Source of the DNA: Candidatus Methylomirabilis oxygeniifera
GTDB lineage: Bacteria > Methylomirabilota > Methylomirabilia > Methylomirabilales > Methylomirabilaceae
Length of the DNA: 32,000 bases
Direction of reading: 5' to 3'
Assembly: GCA_000091165.1 (NCBI GenBank)
Contig: FP565575.1
Location: 1,980,001-2,012,000, forward strand
Below the pieces are notes generated by a model that saw only the letters and a list, made by a program, of their open reading frames with translations, ran no database searches and was not told where the DNA came from. A program made the position numbers and the translations under genes. Shown in pieces: positions 26,667 through 32,000 of this stretch (position 1 is the stretch's first letter; each line of letters begins with the position of its first letter).

Positions 26667-28691
26667 TTAGCTTCTTTCCTCCCGCCTCGTCTGCTCCCCG
26701 ACAACACCAACCCGGTGCTTCTCCATCTCCCTGATTCGATCTCGAAGCTCCGCCGCTCGCTCAAACTCGAGCCGCTTCGCTGCTGCCCGCATCTCTTTCT
26801 CCAACTGCTCGATATAAGCCGGCAGCTCTTCTTGCGTGACACGGCCGACCTCCTCAACGTCAGGCGCGGCTGGAACAGTATAGTAGTCCTTCTCAGTGAC
26901 GCTCGACAGGACATCGGAGATCGACTTCTTGATGCTTTCCGGCGTGATGCCGTACTCGCGGTTATAGGCTATCTGTCGCTCGCGTCGCCGCTCGGTCTCC
27001 TCCATGGCGCGCCTCATCGAGTCGGTGATGGTATCGGCATACAGCACCACCCGTCCCTCGACGTTTCTTGCGGCACGGCCGATGGTCTGAATAAGAGACC
27101 CGGAGGAGCGCAGGAACCCCTCCTTGTCGGCATCCAGGATAGCCACCAGCGCGACCTCAGGAATATCCAGTCCTTCCCGCAACAGATTGATCCCGACCAG
27201 CACATCGAACCTTCCAAGTCTCAGCTCGCGGATGATCTCGTTTCGCTTGAGCGTATCGATATCGGAGTGCAGGTAGCGGACCTTAATCCCGACCTCGGCG
27301 AGGTACTCAGTCAGGTTCTCGGCCATCCGCTTGGTCAGCGTGGTGATCAGGACGCGATGACCTCTCGCGGTGATCGCCCGGACCTCGCCGATCAGGTCAT
27401 CGATCTGCCCGCGAATCGGCCTGACCTGGATTTCAGGATCGATCAGTCCGGTGGGTCGGATGATCTGTTCCACGATCTCCCCTTTGACCTTTGCCAGTTC
27501 GTAGGGGCCGGGCGTCGCCGATACATAGATGATCTGACCCACGGCCCGCTCGAACTCTTCAAAGGTAAAGGGTCGATTGTCCATAGCGGACGGAAGGCGG
27601 AACCCGTACTCGACCAGCGTCTCTTTGCGGGACCGGTCGCCGTGATACATGCCGCGGATCTGCGGAATCGTTTGATGCGATTCATCGATAATGACCAGGG
27701 CATCCCTTGGCAGATAGTCCATCAGCGTGGGGGGCGCCTCGCCCGTGGCCCGACCCGACAGGTGGCGCGAGTAGTTCTCGATCCCCTTGCAGACCCCGAC
27801 CTCCCGCATCATCTCCAGGTCGAAGCAGGTTCGCTGCTTCAGCCGCTGCACCTCAAGGAGTTTCCCGGCCTTCTCAAAGGACGTCACCTGTTCATTCAGC
27901 TCCTCGAGGATCGCCGCAAAGGCCGCCTCTCGACGGTCGTGGGGGGTGACATAGTGCGTGGCCGGATAGATGGGAACCCGGTAGAGCATCTGGATCCGCT
28001 CGCCCGTGACCGGGTCGATCTCCCACAGCCCTTCCACCTCGTCGCCGAACAGCTCCACCCGAACCACAGTATCGGCGTAGGCTGGAAAGATCTCCACGAC
28101 GTCCCCTCGGACCCTGAACGTTCCGCGGTGCAGATCGTACTCGTTCCGCTGATACTGGATCTCCACCAGCTTCCGGAGCATCGCCTCCCGATCGCAACGG
28201 CCGCCCCGCTCCAGAAAGACCATCATCCCATAATAGGCCTCCGGGGAACCCAGGCCGTAGATGCACGAGACGGAGGCCACGATGACCACGTCGCGCCGCT
28301 CCAGCAGCGAGCGCGTGGCCGAATGGCGCAGCTTGTCGATCTGATCGTTGATCATCGAATCCTTCTCGATGAAGGTATCGGTGACGGGCAGGTACGCCTC
28401 TGGTTGATAGTAGTCGTAGTAGCTGACGAAGTATTCGACGGCATTGTGCGGGAAAAACGCTTTGAACTCTTCAAAGAGCTGAGCCGCCAGGGTTTTGTTA
28501 TGCGCAATGATCAGCGTGGGACGCTCGATGGCCGCGATCACGTTCGCCATGGTAAAGGTCTTGCCCGAACCGGTCACGCCCAGGAGCACCTGGTGGGGCC
28601 GGCCCTGCAGGCACCCCTCAACCAGCCTTCTGATCGCCTGAGGTTGATCGCCCTTCGGCTGATAGTCGCACACGAGCTTAAAGTTAGACAT
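26667..28691 (-). CDS. uvrB: Excinuclease ABC subunit B
   Basis: 674 aa; [44 protein letters not shown] motif at C-terminus. Confidence 0.98.
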   Translation of the reverse strand: MSNFKLVCDYQPKGDQPQAIRRLVEGCLQGRPHQVLLGVTGSGKTFTMANVIAAIERPTLIIAHNKTLAAQLFEEFKAFFPHNAVEYFVSYYDYYQPEAYLPVTDTFIEKDSMINDQIDKLRHSATRSLLERRDVVIVASVSCIYGLGSPEAYYGMMVFLERGGRCDREAMLRKLVEIQYQRNEYDLHRGTFRVRGDVVEIFPAYADTVVRVELFGDEVEGLWEIDPVTGERIQMLYRVPIYPATHYVTPHDRREAAFAAILEELNEQVTSFEKAGKLLEVQRLKQRTCFDLEMMREVGVCKGIENYSRHLSGRATGEAPPTLMDYLPRDALVIIDESHQTIPQIRGMYHGDRSRKETLVEYGFRLPSAMDNRPFTFEEFERAVGQIIYVSATPGPYELAKVKGEIVEQIIRPTGLIDPEIQVRPIRGQIDDLIGEVRAITARGHRVLITTLTKRMAENLTEYLAEVGIKVRYLHSDIDTLKRNEIIRELRLGRFDVLVGINLLREGLDIPEVALVAILDADKEGFLRSSGSLIQTIGRAARNVEGRVVLYADTITDSMRRAMEETERRRERQIAYNREYGITPESIKKSISDVLSSVTEKDYYTVPAAPDVEEVGRVTQEELPAYIEQLEKEMRAAAKRLEFERAAELRDRIREMEKHRVGVVGEQTRREERS

Positions 28692-28703
28692 AGGGGAAGG
28701 CGG

Positions 28704-29249
28704 TCAGGACAGGGAGTCCGACAGGTCCCCATCCGCTCCGCGCGGGAGGTACTTACTCCAGGACCCGATCCCGTGAGGGGAATAGAACATGATACCAAGG
28801 TACACGACCGAAACCGGCTTGGCGGGCTTACGGAGCAGGCTCATGCTGACCTCGTGCAGGGGCTTGCTTCCCTTCTTCACATTGCAGGCGCGGCAGGCAC
28901 TCACCACATTCTCCCAGACGGTTCGGCCGCCCTGCGATCTGGGGATCACATGATCGATAGTCATCCGTTCGCCGCCGTTTCGACCACAATACTGACAGGT
29001 ATAGCCATCCCGCTTCAGGATATTCTTCTTGTTAAAGGAGACCGTGGGAATGATAGGGCGCTTCACGTAGCGATAGAGGCGGATCACAGCAGGGATGACA
29101 AAAATGATAGAGGGGGAGTGAACGATGCGTGGACTGTCCTCGATCCGTTCGGCTTTTCCGGTATACAGCAGAATAATGGCTCTTCGCGCAGTGCAGACGT
29201 GGAGGGGTTCAAAGGAGTTATTCAATACTAATACTTTGTCAGTGTCCAT
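28704..29249 (-). CDS. HNH endonuclease family protein
   Basis: ILKRDGYTCQYCGRNGGERMTIDHVIPRSQGGRTVWENVVSACRACNVKKG; start at MDTDKVLVL. Confidence 0.92.
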   Translation of the reverse strand: MDTDKVLVLNNSFEPLHVCTARRAIILLYTGKAERIEDSPRIVHSPSIIFVIPAVIRLYRYVKRPIIPTVSFNKKNILKRDGYTCQYCGRNGGERMTIDHVIPRSQGGRTVWENVVSACRACNVKKGSKPLHEVSMSLLRKPAKPVSVVYLGIMFYSPHGIGSWSKYLPRGADGDLSDSLS

Positions 29250-29350
29250 CGAACGGTTCTGTGGACTCAACGCTAACGAATCCCGGAACGACGGATTCAT
29301 CCTTAGCATACAACGGGGATCGGTGTCAACGCAAAGGAAAGAAGAGGGCG

Positions 29351-30289
29351 CTAGTCTCGCGGGGCGTGCTGCCTGAGGAGGTCGAGGAGGATCCCTTCGC
29401 GCAGACCGCTGTCGCTGACGACCAACTCGTCGTAGGCCAGGACGCCCATGACCGTCAGGAGAAGAGCGGTGCCGGCTATAATCACATCGGCCCGTCCAGG
29501 CTCCAAGAGCGGGACCTCGCGCCGCTCGGCCAGCGGTCTCGTCGCTAACGCGTGAAGCAGTTGCCTCGTCCGAATCATCGAGAGCCGATGGCCGTTCACT
29601 CGATCAGGGCCATAGACGGTGAGCCCCAGATCCATCGCCGCAAGGGTGGTTGGAGTCCCAGCCGTACCGATAAGAGCCGTCCCCTCAAGATCCGGCAGTT
29701 CCACACGAAGCCGCCGAAGCCGGTCCGCGACAACCTGTTCAATGGCCTCCAGTTCACCGGGGGTCGGCGGATCACTATTGAGATGCGCCTCAGTCAGCTT
29801 GACGACGCCCAGGCCGGTGCTCACCATCGCCTCAATCGTTTCCCCCCGAGTCAGAATGAACTCGGTGCTCCCCCCGCCGATGTCCATCACCAGAACCCGA
29901 CTCGACCCGAAGCGGAGCCCGTGCCGAACGCCGAGGAGGGTAAGTCGCGCCTCCTCGTTACCGTCGATCACCCGGACGGTGAGCCCACTCTCCCGGAGTG
30001 CCGCCGCGACAAACTCCTCGCGGTTGCTCGCCTCCCGCACGGCACTGGTGGCGACTACCGCGACGCACAGGGGGTTGAAACGACGGGCCGTCTCCGCGAA
30101 CCTCCTGAGAACCACAAGACTTCGCCGGCTCGGTACATCCTGGAGCAGCCGGCTTGGCATCAACCCTTCACCGAGACGAGCGACCTCCTGTTCCTCGTGA
30201 AGAATGGCGAAGCGATCTAAGCCTGTCGCTTCGGCGACAAGCAGGCGTAGCGTATTCGTACCTATATCAATGGCTGCGTAAATCGCCAT
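29351..30289 (-). CDS. ppx: Exopolyphosphatase / Ppx-GppA family phosphatase
   Basis: AIDIGTNTLRLLVAE, VVATSAVREASN, VMDIGGGSTEFI motifs. Confidence 0.93.
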   Translation of the reverse strand: MAIYAAIDIGTNTLRLLVAEATGLDRFAILHEEQEVARLGEGLMPSRLLQDVPSRRSLVVLRRFAETARRFNPLCVAVVATSAVREASNREEFVAAALRESGLTVRVIDGNEEARLTLLGVRHGLRFGSSRVLVMDIGGGSTEFILTRGETIEAMVSTGLGVVKLTEAHLNSDPPTPGELEAIEQVVADRLRRLRVELPDLEGTALIGTAGTPTTLAAMDLGLTVYGPDRVNGHRLSMIRTRQLLHALATRPLAERREVPLLEPGRADVIIAGTALLLTVMGVLAYDELVVSDSGLREGILLDLLRQHAPRD

Positions 30290-30291
30290 TC

Positions 30292-30484
30292 GTAACTACT
30301 CAGGTGTTTAGGCTGTAGGCTGAAGGCTGTTAGTCATTGCGCATGGACCGAATCAAGGCGCCCAGAACCTTTTTGGTCTCCATCATTGTTGCGTCGCATT
30401 TGGTATGGTCTCGCATGGCGCGTTCCTACAGTCTCACAGCCTATAGCCTAACAGCCTTCAGTCTATCCACCTTGTAGTAGTTAC
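30292..30484. mobile_element. MITE-like element (193 bp) with an internally deleted four-helix-bundle mini-ORF
   Basis: 8-bp terminal inverted repeats GTAACTAC (30292-30299) / GTAGTTAC (30477-30484); minus-strand mini-ORF 30416-30330 MRDHTKCDATMMETKKVLGALIRSMRND*. Confidence 0.6.
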
Positions 30485-30490
30485 CGTCAC

Positions 30491-32000
30491 TCAGTCCTCA
30501 GCGCGGGACGCGTCTGCGGCGGCGTGCAGTCGACGAACCAGGCCGGCCTCAGGCTGAACGGTAATCGTCTTCTCCTGTGTGAGCAAGACGGCTCCCGGTG
30601 CGGCAGCCTTCGGCTTCCTTAGAAATTTTCGCAAAACATAGTCTACCGGCACCTTGGCCTCCCCGCGCGCCCGGCTGTAGTAGGCGGCAAGTTGCGCCGC
30701 TTCGCAGAGAGTCCTAGGGGGCGCCTGCTTCCCTTTCTGCAAGCGAACGAGGACATGTGAGCCGTGGATGCCCTGGGCGTGCAGCCACAGATCGTGTGAT
30801 CGGGCCAGCCGCCAGGTCAGGTGATCGTTACCGGCCCCGTTTTTGCCGACCAGGATCGCTAGGCCATCAGAGGAGCAGAAGATGCGCGGTTCGGGGCCCT
30901 CGGACTGCCGAACGCGCGGCGCTGCCGGCCCCTGGATAGGCCGACGCCTCGCCATACAGGCGAAGGCGGCATCAACCCGCTGCAACTCGCCCACATCTTT
31001 CGCCGTCTCTACCTGCTTCATCATCGTCTGCAGCGTACGGAGCCGCTTCGCGGTCTCTGCGAGACGCTCGCCGACAATCTGCGCGCCGCGCTTGGCCTTG
31101 CGGTGCAGGGCGAAATAGTGCTGAGCATTCTCCTCGAGAGAGCAGGCGGGATCCAGTTCAATCTGAAGCGCCCGCTGCGCGGAATCGGCGTAATCGACGA
31201 GTTCGACCATTTGCTGTCCGCGCCGAATGCCGGCCCGATTAGCCAGCAGAAGCCGACCCTTCCGGGCATGCAGTTCGCCGTCACGATAGAGAGTTGCCTC
31301 CCGCTCGAGTTCGGTCATAAGCCGCTCCGCCGCACCAACGTCGCTCTCTAAGCGGTGTAGCAACCCAGCTCGAAGCGTCTGCAGTCGCTCAATCTGCTCG
31401 CGGCTTTCGTGGTACGCAGCACATGCCTCAGCCATCGTGGAATAAGAAACCTGATGGTCATCGGGGACCGTGACAAGCGGAAAGGCTGCGACACCGAGGG
31501 GCTTTCCATCGCTTCCCATGAGAAGCCTGGGCTCGAATGCAGCGGTGGCCACACGGCCCATGAAATCGTAAAATGGCTTCCACAGAGCGTGCGCTTGCTC
31601 GTCGAATGAGGCGAGCGTCGAGAGGCCGGCACGGACCACCAGTTCCGCCGCCATCAATGGGCTGAATCCTGTGAAGCAGGTCGTGAGGATGCGCGCCGGT
31701 TCGACCCCTTCAGTGAGGCGCAGGCGGACCAGTTCAAGGAATTCGTTTTCCTGAACCAACCTGGGATCGACGCGGCCGCAATCGAGGGGAGGCTGATACG
31801 GCTCGCCCGGTCCCGGCGTCTCACCCCTCGCTCGTCCGGAGGCCGCGCGAAGGCGGTCGATGACCGTTCCAGCAGCTCGATCGACGAGGAAAAAGTTGCT
31901 CGCAGGCCCCAACATCTCTACATATAAGATCATAGCCGCCTCGCTTGTGGTGAGCCCCGTCGAACCAGGCAGCGGGCCGCTACGCATATGGATCGCCATG
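30491..32000 (-). CDS. NFACT-domain / fibronectin-binding-like (RqcH-related) protein, 5' end beyond the window
   Basis: VEMLGPASNFFLVDRAAGTVIDRLR...; C-terminal NFACT-R: IFCSSDGLAILVGKNGAGNDHLTWRLARSHDLWLHAQGIHGSHVLVR. The expected N-terminus is missing, so the ATG at 31999 is probably internal. Confidence 0.88.
   Translation of the reverse strand, partial: MAIHMRSGPLPGSTGLTTSEAAMILYVEMLGPASNFFLVDRAAGTVIDRLRAASGRARGETPGPGEPYQPPLDCGRVDPRLVQENEFLELVRLRLTEGVEPARILTTCFTGFSPLMAAELVVRAGLSTLASFDEQAHALWKPFYDFMGRVATAAFEPRLLMGSDGKPLGVAAFPLVTVPDDHQVSYSTMAEACAAYHESREQIERLQTLRAGLLHRLESDVGAAERLMTELEREATLYRDGELHARKGRLLLANRAGIRRGQQMVELVDYADSAQRALQIELDPACSLEENAQHYFALHRKAKRGAQIVGERLAETAKRLRTLQTMMKQVETAKDVGELQRVDAAFACMARRRPIQGPAAPRVRQSEGPEPRIFCSSDGLAILVGKNGAGNDHLTWRLARSHDLWLHAQGIHGSHVLVRLQKGKQAPPRTLCEAAQLAAYYSRARGEAKVPVDYVLRKFLRKPKAAAPGAVLLTQEKTITVQPEAGLVRRLHAAADASRAED

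Noticed and set aside
26532-29231. 899-aa plus-strand ORF antisense to uvrB and the HNH gene
   Set aside because: Shadow of the conserved UvrB reading frame; low-complexity L/D/H-rich translation without recognisable domain.

Overview
The window contains a housekeeping backbone, almost all on the minus strand, interrupted by a type I restriction-modification (defence) island at about 13.7-25.7 kb. Left backbone: partial murE, ftsI, ftsL, rsmH, mraZ, panC, panB, deoxynucleoside kinase, folK, dapL, FAH-family protein, dapB, dapA, dapF, lysA. Right backbone: csp, uvrB, HNH protein, Ppx/GppA protein and a partial NFACT/FbpA-family gene. Island, in minus-strand transcription order: HsdM with an N-terminal XRE HTH; a conserved hypothetical broken by a frameshift at a homopolymer; HsdS; a C-terminal TIR-domain protein overlapping hsdS; a putative PD-(D/E)XK nuclease; an AlbA_2/GHKL 'Schlafen-like' protein; HsdR; and a YgjP/M48-like metallopeptidase overlapping hsdR by 4 nt. 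Outside the island, two intergenic elements (6160-6329 and 30292-30484) have matching GTAACTAC/GTAGTTAC terminal inverted repeats. Each carries a tiny ORF or ORF relic that looks like the N-terminus (MRDHTK) joined to the C-terminus (VLNGLIRALRDN / VLGALIRSMRND) of a four-helix-bundle (23S rRNA IVS-like) protein, i.e. internally deleted, MITE-like derivatives of a four-helix-bundle cassette. Also present: a clear MraZ operator/promoter with 10-nt-phased boxes, a perfect 31-nt dyad, several dispersed palindromic repeats, and CTGAAGG-type repeats in many spacers. All assignments were made by reading the sequence; no database search was run.
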